Source: an uncultured Gammaproteobacteria bacterium
Lineage (GTDB): Bacteria; Patescibacteriota; Microgenomatia; PFEM01; CAYPPS01
Direction of reading: 5' to 3'
Assembly (NCBI GenBank): GCA_964655765.1
Contig: CAZZNI010000001.1
Coordinates: 1-63,769 of the forward strand
Length of the DNA stretch: 63,769 nt
Positions 19,135 through 29,380 of this stretch are shown here, in pieces. A model generated the notes under the pieces. It saw only the letters and a program-made list of their open reading frames with translations. It searched no databases and was not told the origin of the DNA. The translations under genes and the position numbers were made by a program. The stretch's first letter is position 1; every line of letters starts with the position of its first letter.

Positions 19135-19467
19135 ATGGACCCGTTTTTTTATTCAATCGCTTTCAAAGCCTCTTACCTGTTGGCCATCATTCCAACTTTG
19201 CTGGTAATCACCTCGGCAGTAATGTCAATTAAGCACATGGGTGGCACACTAGGCCAGGGCTTGAAAAAAATTGCTACCGGCTCAGTTATCCACACCATTA
19301 TCATCGCCACCTATCTACTACTGGAACAAGGCAACCGAGGTATTTTAGACGAACAGATGATCTGGATCTTTTTTTTGACCAGCGCTGTTTTCGGTTCAAC
19401 TTTACTTATTTCCGGCTACATTCAAATTTATAAAATTGCCAGAAAATTAAAACTGTTCACTCCGTAA
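19135..19467 (+). CDS. Small membrane protein, unknown function
   Basis: 110 aa with 3-4 hydrophobic segments. Confidence 0.4.
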   Translation: MDPFFYSIAFKASYLLAIIPTLLVITSAVMSIKHMGGTLGQGLKKIATGSVIHTIIIATYLLLEQGNRGILDEQMIWIFFLTSAVFGSTLLISGYIQIYKIARKLKLFTP

Positions 19468-19473
19468 ACTGGT

Positions 19474-22359
19474 CTATTTCCACGCCTGACACAAAAGCCG
19501 GTAATCACAAAAATCGCACCACCTTCCCGGGCTAGGAACAAAATCACTACGGCTAATTTCTGCCGCCACTTGTTCAATCTCTTTTTTGGCCTTATTTAAT
19601 TGGGAAACCGTTCTGGTGGTCGAAATTTTAACTCCCTCATTTAAAAAATGGAAGGTAAAACGCATCTTTGCCGGGTCAGTGTTATAAAGTCCGGGGTCAA
19701 CTGCCGCCAATCCATAAACGGTCATCTGCAGTGAATCATCAACTTCTTTTTGTGGCCAAACCCGGCCAGTTTTGTAATCAATAATCTCCAACCCTTCTTT
19801 GGTCTTATCGAGCCGGTCGATTTTGCCGCCAATTTTAAGTTGTGGATTTAAGCGAATTGCAAAAGGTGTTTCCAGCGCCTCTACTCTGACCGTTGGATCA
19901 AAACTTTTCAAAAAATTAGCCAAAATTTTAACCGCCTCTTTTTTCATTTTTTCCTCTTGAGTTTTATTGGCAAAACCAGCACTGTACCACCTACTGGCAA
20001 GAATTTCTTTGGCTTTTTTTAAACTAACTTTTTTACCTTCCTTAAACAAACCGCCAACTTCTTGTAAAACTTTGTGAATAATATCACCAAAACTTAATGC
20101 CACTGACGGCGGGGTTGGGATGCGTTGGATATAACGATAACAGTACTGCAGTGGACAAGTCTGAAAGGTGCTTATCTGTGAGAAAGAAAGAAAATTAACC
20201 GGCCAATAGTTCGTTTTCTCCTGCTTTTCCTCCTCCGGTTGTTTCTGCCAGTCTAAAATACTTAACTGGGTTGTCTTTTCTTCCTCTTGCTTGACTGCTA
20301 TTTTCTTTTTAACCTCTTTTTCCCCTAAGGCCTCGATTACAAAGGGAGAAATTTTGCAGGCTCTTTTCCCTTCACCATAAAAACGGCTGGCAGAAAAATA
20401 AAGCTGTCGTCTGGCTCTGGTCATACCGACATAAAAAAGCCGTCTTTCTTCCTGCAAATGAGAATCTCCCTCAGGCAGAATCTCTTTAATTAGTTTATCG
20501 GCGATGGGGATCTGTTCCGATCGTTGGCAAGGAGGGAAGCGGCCAACACCCAGATTAACCATAAAAACATTGTCAAATTCTAAACCCTTGCTAGAATGAA
20601 CCGTTAACAAATTAACCTTGTCTTCCTGATTCCAACCAGTTTGCGCCGCCAAGGGTGACTCGCCTAACTCCAAAGAAAGGTTGAGCCAATCAAGAACAGC
20701 ACCCACTGTCGCCTCGTCATTTTCCGCTTCAAAACTTTTCAGACGGTCAAAAAATTTGGCGATGTTTTGCGCTTGTTTTTCTTCCGCCAGCGAATCGATT
20801 ACCGCCAACTTTTGCAGCAAGCCTGAATCCTGTAAAAAATAATAGAGAATTTGGCCGGCAGTTTCTTTGTGAATCAAATCCATGTGACGATGAACCATTG
20901 CAACAAATTGCTTAATCTTTTCTTTTGTCTCTTGGGCAACATAAACTTCATCAATTTGTTCAGCTGCTTCAAAAAAGGATAAATTTTGTCTTTTGGCAAA
21001 ACTGGCAACAGCAACTAAATCACGGCCAGAAACAGCAAAAGAAGGCATCGAGAGCAAGCGATAAAGAGCAACATTGTCAGTAAAGTCGTTTAGCAAACTC
21101 AAATAGGCGATTAGGTCTTTGACTTCACTTTGGCGCAATAGTTGCCCAGGGCCCAAAAACTGGTGAGCAATCCCCAGCCTACTTAAGGCTCGAACAAAAT
21201 TTTCAGCGTGGTTATTGGCCCGAACCAAGATAGCGACCTGCTTCTTTTCAACCCCTTGATCAATCAATTTTTTAATTTCCCGAGCTACTGCCTGAGCTTC
21301 ATCCTCTTGGGTGTGACAGTAAATAAGTTCTGGTTCAATTTTTTTTCTTGCTACTACTGAACGCAAATTTTTGTCGATCCCTAATTTACTTTCTAAAGTA
21401 TCGGGGTCATTGTTTTTAATCAGCCGGTAGGCTGAATCAAGAATTGCCTGCGAAGAACGGTAATTTTTAATCAAAGTTACCAACTTGGCTTTAGGGTAAT
21501 CTTTTTTAAACTGCAAGACATTAGAAATTGCCGCTCCTCTAAATCTGTAGACCGACTGAGAATCATCGGCAACAACCGTCAAATTAGGATTAGTTTTAGG
21601 CGGACAAAGCAGTTTTAGCAAAACATACTGAGAATAATTAGTATCCTGAAACTCATCGACCAAAACAAACTTAAACTGTTTCTGGTATTGAGCTAAAATA
21701 TTTTTTCTTTGACGAAACAAGTTAATAGTTTTATCGATTAAATCGGCAAAACCAAGCTTGCCGCTTTTATCCTTTAAGCTCTGGTAGTATCGATAAACAT
21801 TAGCCAGTTCGAGAGTTTTAAGCCTCTCCTCTTTTTCTTCGTCGTTGCCGGCAGGCAAACTATTGGCAAAAATAAGATAACTTTCCGGTGAAACATCTTC
21901 GTCTTTAAGCCGGGAAAAATGTTGTAAAAGCCCGTTAACAAATTTGGTCGGGTTGCCAAGGGGGCGAAAATAATCAAGCTTAAAATCAAAGAGGTGATCG
22001 GTAAAAAATTTAATTTCCTGGGCAGTTGTTAATAATCTGAAATCGGGCGACAGACCTATGTTTAACGCTTGAGCACGCAAAACTCGATCGCAAAAGGAAT
22101 GAAAAGTGGAAATCCACAGCTGTGAATAACCAAACGGCAAGGCAATATCTACCCGCTCTTCCATTTCCTGAGCCGCTTTTTCGGTAAAAGTCAGTGCTAA
22201 AATTTCTTCCGCTTTAACTTTATCCTGAACAATTAATTTTTTTATCCGTTCAGTGATAACGGTTGTTTTACCGCTCCCCGCACCAGCAATAATCAACAAA
22301 GGGCCACTACCAGACTCAACCGCTTCTCTTTGTTCTTGGTTTAAAACTTTGTCAGCCAC
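19474..22359 (-). CDS. UvrD-like helicase fused to a PD-(D/E)XK, Cas4/AddB-type Fe-S nuclease domain (AddA/helicase-nuclease family)
   Basis: The N-terminal part has GPLLIIAGAGSGKT, VDEFQDTN, KNYRS and VHSSKGLEFDNVF...FYVGMTRA. The C-terminal part has CPLQYCYRY ... IDYKTG ... CDFCDYRLLC, a four-Cys cluster flanking the nuclease core. Confidence 0.85.
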   Translation of the reverse strand: MADKVLNQEQREAVESGSGPLLIIAGAGSGKTTVITERIKKLIVQDKVKAEEILALTFTEKAAQEMEERVDIALPFGYSQLWISTFHSFCDRVLRAQALNIGLSPDFRLLTTAQEIKFFTDHLFDFKLDYFRPLGNPTKFVNGLLQHFSRLKDEDVSPESYLIFANSLPAGNDEEKEERLKTLELANVYRYYQSLKDKSGKLGFADLIDKTINLFRQRKNILAQYQKQFKFVLVDEFQDTNYSQYVLLKLLCPPKTNPNLTVVADDSQSVYRFRGAAISNVLQFKKDYPKAKLVTLIKNYRSSQAILDSAYRLIKNNDPDTLESKLGIDKNLRSVVARKKIEPELIYCHTQEDEAQAVAREIKKLIDQGVEKKQVAILVRANNHAENFVRALSRLGIAHQFLGPGQLLRQSEVKDLIAYLSLLNDFTDNVALYRLLSMPSFAVSGRDLVAVASFAKRQNLSFFEAAEQIDEVYVAQETKEKIKQFVAMVHRHMDLIHKETAGQILYYFLQDSGLLQKLAVIDSLAEEKQAQNIAKFFDRLKSFEAENDEATVGAVLDWLNLSLELGESPLAAQTGWNQEDKVNLLTVHSSKGLEFDNVFMVNLGVGRFPPCQRSEQIPIADKLIKEILPEGDSHLQEERRLFYVGMTRARRQLYFSASRFYGEGKRACKISPFVIEALGEKEVKKKIAVKQEEEKTTQLSILDWQKQPEEEKQEKTNYWPVNFLSFSQISTFQTCPLQYCYRYIQRIPTPPSVALSFGDIIHKVLQEVGGLFKEGKKVSLKKAKEILASRWYSAGFANKTQEEKMKKEAVKILANFLKSFDPTVRVEALETPFAIRLNPQLKIGGKIDRLDKTKEGLEIIDYKTGRVWPQKEVDDSLQMTVYGLAAVDPGLYNTDPAKMRFTFHFLNEGVKISTTRTVSQLNKAKKEIEQVAAEISRSDFVPSPGRWCDFCDYRLLCQAWK

Positions 22360-22396
22360 AAAATAATTCTAGCTCAAAGGTAAACAAAAAGGAAAG

Positions 22397-23398
22397 TTAG
22401 CTCTTTATTTGTTTTTCTTCTTTCCCCGGCGAAAGACTATTGGCGGAGGAAAGTTTCTGGCCCAATTGAGTAAAACCGCCGACGACCTGGTTCATCTGGC
22501 TGTAAGCATTGTGCAGGTGTTTACCAAGCAAACTCATTGATTCTTCGGTTTTTTGATAATCTTTTTGCAATGCCCGTAGTAGAATAAAAACCTCTTTCGA
22601 TTTAGTTTCCATTTTTTTACCTTCAAAAGACAGCAAAATTGTCTGCAAGTGAGCATAAAGAGTGCTGGGAGAAACAGGATAGACTCGTAAGCTCCTGGCA
22701 TAATCAGCCACTTCGGTTAGGTTAATCAATTCATAAAAAACCGCCTCCGAGGGGATGTACATCAGGGCAAAATCCATTGTTCCTTCCTGCGGTAAAATAT
22801 ATTTTTGCGAAATAGTTTTAATGTGTTTTTTAACATCCGCAGTGAAAGCTCGCCTAGCCCGGTTTTCTTCTTCCTTGTTGCCGGCTTTAACAATCCGTTG
22901 GAAGTTTTCCAGCGGAAACTTAGAATCAATCGGCAACAAACCAGCATCAGTCTTCAACGCCGCATCAACTTTTTCACCTGACTTGAAAGAGTGTTGAAGA
23001 AAAAATGAATTTTTAGGAAACATTTGATTAATTAAATCCTTTAGGACTTCTTCACCAATATTACCGCGCAGTTTGGGACTTTTAAGAAAATGTTCCAGTT
23101 CCTTCATCGAACGGCCGATTTCACTAAACTGACCAGCTTCTTTTTGTAAATCGGCAATTACTTGAGCCGCCCGGTCCAGTCTTTGTGAAATCGCTTCGGT
23201 ATTACCGCGTAAGGTCCGGTTAATATCGGCGTTACTTTGTTGTAATAATTGCTGGTTGTTTTTTAACCAGGCAATCAGGCTGTCATCTAACTGACTATCC
23301 TTTTTGAGAGAATCAAGTTTTTTTAAGATAATATAAATACCGACCAATAAAACAGAAACAACAATAATAGTTAAGAACAATAAGGACTGGCTCGGCAT
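22397..23398 (-). CDS. rmuC: DNA recombination protein RmuC
   Basis: N-terminal TM and coiled coil, then the RmuC core (LPIDSKFPLENF, FALMYIPSEAVFYE, YPVSPSTLYAHL). Confidence 0.85.
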   Translation of the reverse strand: MPSQSLLFLTIIVVSVLLVGIYIILKKLDSLKKDSQLDDSLIAWLKNNQQLLQQSNADINRTLRGNTEAISQRLDRAAQVIADLQKEAGQFSEIGRSMKELEHFLKSPKLRGNIGEEVLKDLINQMFPKNSFFLQHSFKSGEKVDAALKTDAGLLPIDSKFPLENFQRIVKAGNKEEENRARRAFTADVKKHIKTISQKYILPQEGTMDFALMYIPSEAVFYELINLTEVADYARSLRVYPVSPSTLYAHLQTILLSFEGKKMETKSKEVFILLRALQKDYQKTEESMSLLGKHLHNAYSQMNQVVGGFTQLGQKLSSANSLSPGKEEKQIKS

Positions 23399-23429
23399 GT
23401 TAAAAACCTTGTAGAATCATTGTAGCAAA

Positions 23430-23777
23430 ATGAACAATAATCTAGAGTTTGCCAATACTGTTAAAAAAAGACGAGGACGGAAAATAACTATTCTTAAAAT
23501 AATACTGCCGGTGGTTTTTTGGTCTTTCGTCGGCGCAATCGTTTATTTTGCTGCCCCGGAAAGCCATTTTGTCATCGCTGGCTTTTTTGTTTTGTTGGCT
23601 ATTGCTCTTTTTACCACCACCAGACTTTTTACCATTAGTTTAACTTTTAATTTATCAGCAACCTTGTTGGTTATCCTGGCATTAATTTTGCGCTACTTAA
23701 AATTAGGCAGCCCGTTCAACTTAACCTTAATCGGACTAATACTTATTTTGCTATTTCTCTATCTTAGGGCAAAATAA
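23430..23777 (+). CDS. Small membrane protein, unknown function
   Basis: 115 aa with 3 hydrophobic segments. Confidence 0.4.
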   Translation: MNNNLEFANTVKKRRGRKITILKIILPVVFWSFVGAIVYFAAPESHFVIAGFFVLLAIALFTTTRLFTISLTFNLSATLLVILALILRYLKLGSPFNLTLIGLILILLFLYLRAK

Positions 23778-23805
23778 GCCAGGCTCTGGTAAAATATCCT
23801 ACAGG

Positions 23806-25218
23806 ATGAAGAAAAAGTTTTACCTCACCACCGCTATTCCTTATGTTAATGCCGCTCCTCACATCGGTTTTGCTTTAGAAGTGGTTCAAGCTGACTGTCT
23901 GGCCAGATTTAAAAGACTCACCGGTTCTGATGTTTATTTCCTTACCGGTTCCGATGATAATGCTTTAAAAAATGTCCAGGCCGCCGAAAAAGAGGGAATA
24001 AAAGTCGAGGAATTGGTGGCTAAAAATGCCAATCGTTTTTTTGACCTTAAAAAGGCTTTAAATTTAAGTTCAAACGACTTTATTCGTACCAGCAGCTTAA
24101 AACACGCCGCCGGTGCCCAAGCCCTTTGGCGAGCTTGCCGCAAAGAAGATATTTACAAGAAAAAGTATCGCGGTCTTTACTGTGTTGGCTGTGAGAGTTT
24201 TGTCACTAAAAAAGAGCTTGTTAACGGTAAATGTCCGGAGCACAACAAAAAACCGGAACTGGTTGAGGAAGAAAATTATTTTTTCAGACTGTCAGCTTAC
24301 CAAGATTGGCTTTATCAACTAATTGAAACTGATCAGCTTAAAATTACCCCCACAGAAAGAAAAAACGAAATTTTAAGTTTTATTAAAACCGGCTTGCAAG
24401 ATTTTAGTATTTCCCGAAGTAAAAAACGAGCTCACGGCTGGGGGATTGAGGTTCCCGACGACCCAAGCCAAATTATTTATGTGTGGTTTGACGCCTTAAC
24501 CAACTACATTACCGCTCTTGACTGGCAAAAAAAAGGCAAGCTTTACAAGAAGTACTGGCCGGCTGATGCCCACTTAATCGGCAAGGGAATCATCCGCTTT
24601 CACGCTGTTTACTGGCCGGCGATGCTTAAAAGTGCGAACCTGGCTCTACCGAAACAAGAATTTGTTCACGGCTATATCACCATTAATAAGCAAAAAATCA
24701 GCAAGTCGACAGGAAACACCATTGATCCGTTTGAGCTGGTTGAACAATACGGTACCGACCCAATCCGCTATTATCTGTTATCGGAAATTCCCGAATTTGC
24801 TGATGGTGATTTTTCTTTAAACCGCTTTAAGGAAGTCTATAATGCTGATCTGGCTAACGGACTGGGGAATTTGGTTGCCAGAGTTGCTAAGCTGGCAGAA
24901 AAAAACGGCGCTAGTTTTAAAAATAATCATCCGGTTCTTTGTAAAAAATACCAACACTATCTTGATAATTTCCGCTTTAACCAAGCAATAAAAAGAGTCC
25001 GGCAATTTATCACCCAAGCGGACAAATATGTTAACGAGCACCAAGTTTGGCAGCAAGAAGATAAAGCCCAACAAGCCAGTTTGCAAAAATTGATTGATCA
25101 AATCAGGCGGATTGCTCTCCACTTAGAACCGTTTTTACCGCAAACTGCAGAAATTATTGAAAAACAATTTAAAGGACCAAAGATTAAAGCTGAAAAGCCA
25201 CTTTTCCCCAGACTTTAA
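23806..25218 (+). CDS. metG: Methionine--tRNA ligase (short form)
   Basis: YLTTAIPYVNAAPHIGFALE (HIGH region), a CxxC...CPEH zinc knuckle, and KISKSTGN (KMSKS region). Confidence 0.9.
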   Translation: MKKKFYLTTAIPYVNAAPHIGFALEVVQADCLARFKRLTGSDVYFLTGSDDNALKNVQAAEKEGIKVEELVAKNANRFFDLKKALNLSSNDFIRTSSLKHAAGAQALWRACRKEDIYKKKYRGLYCVGCESFVTKKELVNGKCPEHNKKPELVEEENYFFRLSAYQDWLYQLIETDQLKITPTERKNEILSFIKTGLQDFSISRSKKRAHGWGIEVPDDPSQIIYVWFDALTNYITALDWQKKGKLYKKYWPADAHLIGKGIIRFHAVYWPAMLKSANLALPKQEFVHGYITINKQKISKSTGNTIDPFELVEQYGTDPIRYYLLSEIPEFADGDFSLNRFKEVYNADLANGLGNLVARVAKLAEKNGASFKNNHPVLCKKYQHYLDNFRFNQAIKRVRQFITQADKYVNEHQVWQQEDKAQQASLQKLIDQIRRIALHLEPFLPQTAEIIEKQFKGPKIKAEKPLFPRL

Positions 25219-25228
25219 AAACACATAT

Positions 25229-25999
25229 ATGTTAATTGACAGCCACGCACACCTTCAATTTGAAGATTTTAAAGCCGATTTAATCCAAACCCTCCAACGG
25301 GCACAACAAAACGGAGTTGGCAAAATAATTCTTCCCGGCAGTAGCTTTTCTTCAAGTTTGGCTGGATTAAAACTAGCGGAAGGAAACGATAATTTATACG
25401 CCGCAATCGGTATTCATCCTCATCATCTTAACGAGTTTGATAATCAACTAAAAAGAAAATTAACCCAGTTAATCAAACAATACCAGCCAATCGCTATCGG
25501 TGAAACCGGTTTTGATTTTTACCAGATTGACGAAAAAGATTTGCCACTGGTAAATAAAAAACAGCAAGCACTTTTTAAGCTGCAAATTGAACTGGCAATT
25601 AATTTTGACCTGCCACTGATTATCCACTCTCGCCAAGCAGCCAAAGAAACAATGGCAACCTTAAACACCTATAAAAAACAGGTTCGAGGTGTTTTTCATT
25701 GCTACGCTAACGGTAAAAAGCAAATCAACGCAGTTTGTGAACTAGAGTTTTACTTTGGCTTGGACGGCAACTTAACTTATGATGAAGGACTGCAAAATGT
25801 CGCTAAGGCTATTCCCTTGGAAAGAATCCTACTGGAAACTGACAGCCCAGAACTGACGCCCTTACCATTCCGCCAGTTGAGAAATGAACCTAAAAATGTT
25901 AAACTGGTGGCTGAAAAATTAGCCGAAATAAAGGGCTTATCTTTTGAAAAAATCGCCGAAGTAACCAGCAATAACGCCAAAAAACTGTTTAATCTTTAA
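25229..25999 (+). CDS. tatD: TatD-family metal-dependent hydrolase/DNase
   Basis: MLIDSHAHLQ start, AIGIHPHH, AIGETGFDFY, LIIHSR, FHCY and LLETDSP. I chose the ATG at 25229. The ORF-track start at 25157 overlaps metG. Confidence 0.85.
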   Translation: MLIDSHAHLQFEDFKADLIQTLQRAQQNGVGKIILPGSSFSSSLAGLKLAEGNDNLYAAIGIHPHHLNEFDNQLKRKLTQLIKQYQPIAIGETGFDFYQIDEKDLPLVNKKQQALFKLQIELAINFDLPLIIHSRQAAKETMATLNTYKKQVRGVFHCYANGKKQINAVCELEFYFGLDGNLTYDEGLQNVAKAIPLERILLETDSPELTPLPFRQLRNEPKNVKLVAEKLAEIKGLSFEKIAEVTSNNAKKLFNL

Positions 26000-26010
26000 T
26001 AAAAAAAGTC

Positions 26011-27510
26011 ATGAGAGACAAAATTAACCAATTTATTATCAATAATGACAAAAAAATTCACCGGGCACTGGAAATAATTCCCGGCGCTTTTTCCTGGTCA
26101 ACGATACTGCTTTTTTTTGTCGGCTCATTTTTTTTCCCGCTCTATATCGCTTATATCGTAGTTGTTTTTGATGTTTTTTGGTTCTATAAATCAATTAGTT
26201 TTGCTATCACGGCGACCATTTCTTACTACAAAATTAACCAAGCTAAAAAAATTAATTGGTTAAACAAATTAAAAAGCCAACCCGATTGGCAAAAAGTTCA
26301 CCATTTTGTCATTATTCCTCAATACAAAGAACCGATTCACATCCTTAAAAGAACGCTCGAATCATTAAAACAACAAACGCTGCCAACCAAACAAATTACT
26401 GTTATCATGGCAACAGAAGGTCGAGACGATAACGGCGAAAAACAAGCTCTGGAACTTAAAAAACAATACGGCCGGTTTTTTGCTAACTTTTTAATTACCG
26501 TTCATATCCTTAAACCAAACGAAACCGCCGGTAAACATTCCAACGAAAACTTTGCCGCCAGGGCGGCTAAAAAACAAATTGTTGACCGGGAAAAGAGCAT
26601 TGATTTTAACTACTGCCTGGTAACCTCAGCCGATGCTGACCACTGTTTTCATCCCAAACACTTCGCTTATTTGAGCCACAGTTTTTTAACTAACCAAAAT
26701 CGCTTCTTGAGATTTTGGCAACCGGCTGTCTTTTTTTACAACAACTACTGGCGTCTACCAGCTCTAACCAGGGTCACCAACACCTTCAACACTATTTGGA
26801 ACGGGGCGGTGCTGTCCCGTCGTGACCGGTTAATTAGCTGTCAATCTTACGCTCTATCTTTCAAATTATTAGATGAAACCGGCTATTGGAATCCGGAAGT
26901 AATCCCCGAAGACTATCACTTATTTTTCAAAGCTTATTACGAAAAAAAAGGCCATGTTGAAGTCGAGCCGCTATTTATCCCATTGTGGGCCGACGCCGCT
27001 GAATCAACCACAACTTGGAAAACGATCAAAAACAACTATTTACAATTTATGAGATGGAATTGGGGTATTTCTGACGATCCAAATGTCATTAAAAATTACC
27101 TGACCGTACCAACCGCCAATTTCTGGGATAAAACCATCCGGCTGTTAAAACTACTCGAAGACCACATGTTGATGCCGTTAAACTGGCTATTGGTTACCTT
27201 GGGAATCACTATTCCGGCTCTCTTCATCCCTGATTTTTCCCGGACCGCTCTCGGTTACACCTTGCCGAAAATCTCCGGTTTTATTTTGTCACTTTGTCTT
27301 GGATTCTTGGTTATTATCATTTATATCAACTCCAAACAAAGGCCACCGCGACCGAAAGATGTTTCGCTATTACGCAGCCTTTTAATCCCGTTGGAATTTC
27401 TCCTAATGCCACTGGCAGGACTATTATTTTCTGCCCTGCCGGCACTAGAAGCCCACACCAGGTTAATGCTGGGCAAATATATTGAATATCGGGTAACAGA
27501 AAAAGTATAA
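26011..27510 (+). CDS. Membrane-embedded processive family-2 glycosyltransferase (cellulose/chitin-synthase-like)
   Basis: VIIPQYKEPIHILKRTLESLKQQT (GT2 N-terminal block), SADADH, a QFMRW (QxxRW) motif, and flanking TM segments. Confidence 0.6.
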   Translation: MRDKINQFIINNDKKIHRALEIIPGAFSWSTILLFFVGSFFFPLYIAYIVVVFDVFWFYKSISFAITATISYYKINQAKKINWLNKLKSQPDWQKVHHFVIIPQYKEPIHILKRTLESLKQQTLPTKQITVIMATEGRDDNGEKQALELKKQYGRFFANFLITVHILKPNETAGKHSNENFAARAAKKQIVDREKSIDFNYCLVTSADADHCFHPKHFAYLSHSFLTNQNRFLRFWQPAVFFYNNYWRLPALTRVTNTFNTIWNGAVLSRRDRLISCQSYALSFKLLDETGYWNPEVIPEDYHLFFKAYYEKKGHVEVEPLFIPLWADAAESTTTWKTIKNNYLQFMRWNWGISDDPNVIKNYLTVPTANFWDKTIRLLKLLEDHMLMPLNWLLVTLGITIPALFIPDFSRTALGYTLPKISGFILSLCLGFLVIIIYINSKQRPPRPKDVSLLRSLLIPLEFLLMPLAGLLFSALPALEAHTRLMLGKYIEYRVTEKV

Positions 27511-27519
27511 TAGCTTTTA

Positions 27520-29025
27520 ATGCCAAGACTGAGTATTAAAAAAAGCGCTTCCTGTCTTAATAATCCTTTTTTGCTAGTCTTAATCCTGCTAACGATTATT
27601 TTACGGATCCCTTCTTTGTTTGAACCATACTGGTATGGTGATGAAGGGATTTACTTAACCCTGGGCCAGGCAATCAACAAGGGGCTATTGCTTTACCGAG
27701 ACATTCACGACAACAAGCCGCCAGTTCTTTATTTACTGGCTGCTTTGGCCGGCAATGTGGCTTGGTTTCGTGAACTGCTTTTGGTCTGGTCAATTTTCAC
27801 CTTGTCTGCCTTTTCAGTTCTGGTAAAAAAGCTCTTTCCTAAAAATAACCGGCTTTATTATTTAACCCTAAGTCTTTTTGCCATCGGCTATACCCTGCCT
27901 TGGCTGGAAGGCAATATTGCCAATGCCGAAGTTTTTATGCTGTTGCCAACTTTCCTGGCAATACTACTGGCTTTCCCTGAAAAAAAACAAGAATTGAATT
28001 TTCTCACTCTGGGTAAATTCTTGCTGTCGGGCTTGCTTTTTTCTGTTAGTTTTCACCTCAAAGCTCCCGGTCTTTTTGACTTGGCAGCGCTAGGTTTATT
28101 AACAGTGTTTTATTTAACTAAAAAAGATTTCTTTAACCAGTTTATTAAATTATTAGTTTTAATGGCCGGTTTTTTATTGCCAATGATTGTTTTTTCAATC
28201 TATTTTGCCCAAAACGGTGCCCTGGCTTATTATCTCCAGGCCGCTTTATTACAAAATTTCACCTATCTGGGCTCGTGGCGGGCTGGTGGGATGAACCAAG
28301 GTGACTTGGGGCAAAACAGTGCTTTAATGGTTCGCGCAGTGGGCCTGGTTGCAAGTTCCTTGCTGCTTTTCATTTTTAAAAAATACTTTAACAAACAAAC
28401 TCTGTTTGTCCTGCTCTGGTTTTTGTTCGCTTTTTTCGCCGCCCTTCTTTCTGAACGACCTTACGCCCATTATCTTATCCAGCTTCTACCGCCGACAGTA
28501 TTGCTGATAGGGCTATTTTTTTACCAATCAAATAAAAAAACTAAATGGGTAATCGTCGCTTTGTTGCTGTTTTTGGTTTCTAACTTAAAAAGCATCAGTT
28601 TCTGGTATTATCCAGTTCCCGATTATTATCGAAATTTTATTAACTTCACCACCGGCCAGGTTTCAAGAGAACAATACTTTGACTGGTTTGATAAAAAAGT
28701 CAGCTCGACTTATACACTGGCCAATTATCTGGTTAAAAGAACCGCCTCCAATGATCGGGTCTTTATTTGGTCAGACGCCTCTTTTGCTTACGCTCTGTCA
28801 AAAAGACTACCGCCGGGCCGTTTTACCACTGCCTACCATATCGCTGATTTCAATGGCTGGCAGGAAACTATCAAAGCAATCGAAACAGTCAAACCCGGTT
28901 TCATCGTTATTGACCTGAATGAAAAACGGCCTTTCCCACAGTTAAGCGATCACTTAAAACAACACTGCCGACTGGAAAAAGAACTGCCAAACTATCTTAT
29001 TTTTCGCTGCCACTCTTCATTTTAG
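27520..29025 (+). CDS. GT-C fold membrane glycosyltransferase (ArnT/PMT-like)
   Basis: The first loop is YWYGDEGIY...YRDIHDNKPP. There are more than 10 TM segments and a soluble C-terminal domain. Confidence 0.5.
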   Translation: MPRLSIKKSASCLNNPFLLVLILLTIILRIPSLFEPYWYGDEGIYLTLGQAINKGLLLYRDIHDNKPPVLYLLAALAGNVAWFRELLLVWSIFTLSAFSVLVKKLFPKNNRLYYLTLSLFAIGYTLPWLEGNIANAEVFMLLPTFLAILLAFPEKKQELNFLTLGKFLLSGLLFSVSFHLKAPGLFDLAALGLLTVFYLTKKDFFNQFIKLLVLMAGFLLPMIVFSIYFAQNGALAYYLQAALLQNFTYLGSWRAGGMNQGDLGQNSALMVRAVGLVASSLLLFIFKKYFNKQTLFVLLWFLFAFFAALLSERPYAHYLIQLLPPTVLLIGLFFYQSNKKTKWVIVALLLFLVSNLKSISFWYYPVPDYYRNFINFTTGQVSREQYFDWFDKKVSSTYTLANYLVKRTASNDRVFIWSDASFAYALSKRLPPGRFTTAYHIADFNGWQETIKAIETVKPGFIVIDLNEKRPFPQLSDHLKQHCRLEKELPNYLIFRCHSSF

Positions 29026-29044
29026 TAAATACAAAAAGACAAAA

Positions 29045-29380
29045 ATGACTTTTGAAAAACTTAGCCCCAGCTTGCTTTTTTCTCTTAGTTTACTGATGGC
29101 CTTGGGCCAAATTTTAATTCTTTTTTCGGTCTTTTCTTTATTACCTCCGCAAGTACCGTTATTTTATTCCTTGCCTTGGGGAGCCAGCCAGTTAGTTAAC
29201 CCTTTTTACCTAATCTTGTTACCGGTAATTTCTTTAGGGTTACTGGTTATTAATCTTTTTTTGAGTTTAACTTTTTTTGCCAGGGAATCGCTTAATCGCT
29301 TTCTTTTTGCCAGCATCAGTGTTATTGCCAGCTTGGTAAACTTAATTGGCTTAATTCAAATTATCAGACTGGTAATATAA
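29045..29380 (+). CDS. Small membrane protein, unknown function
   Basis: 111 aa with 3 hydrophobic segments. The gene abuts the following transferase gene. Confidence 0.35.
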   Translation: MTFEKLSPSLLFSLSLLMALGQILILFSVFSLLPPQVPLFYSLPWGASQLVNPFYLILLPVISLGLLVINLFLSLTFFARESLNRFLFASISVIASLVNLIGLIQIIRLVI

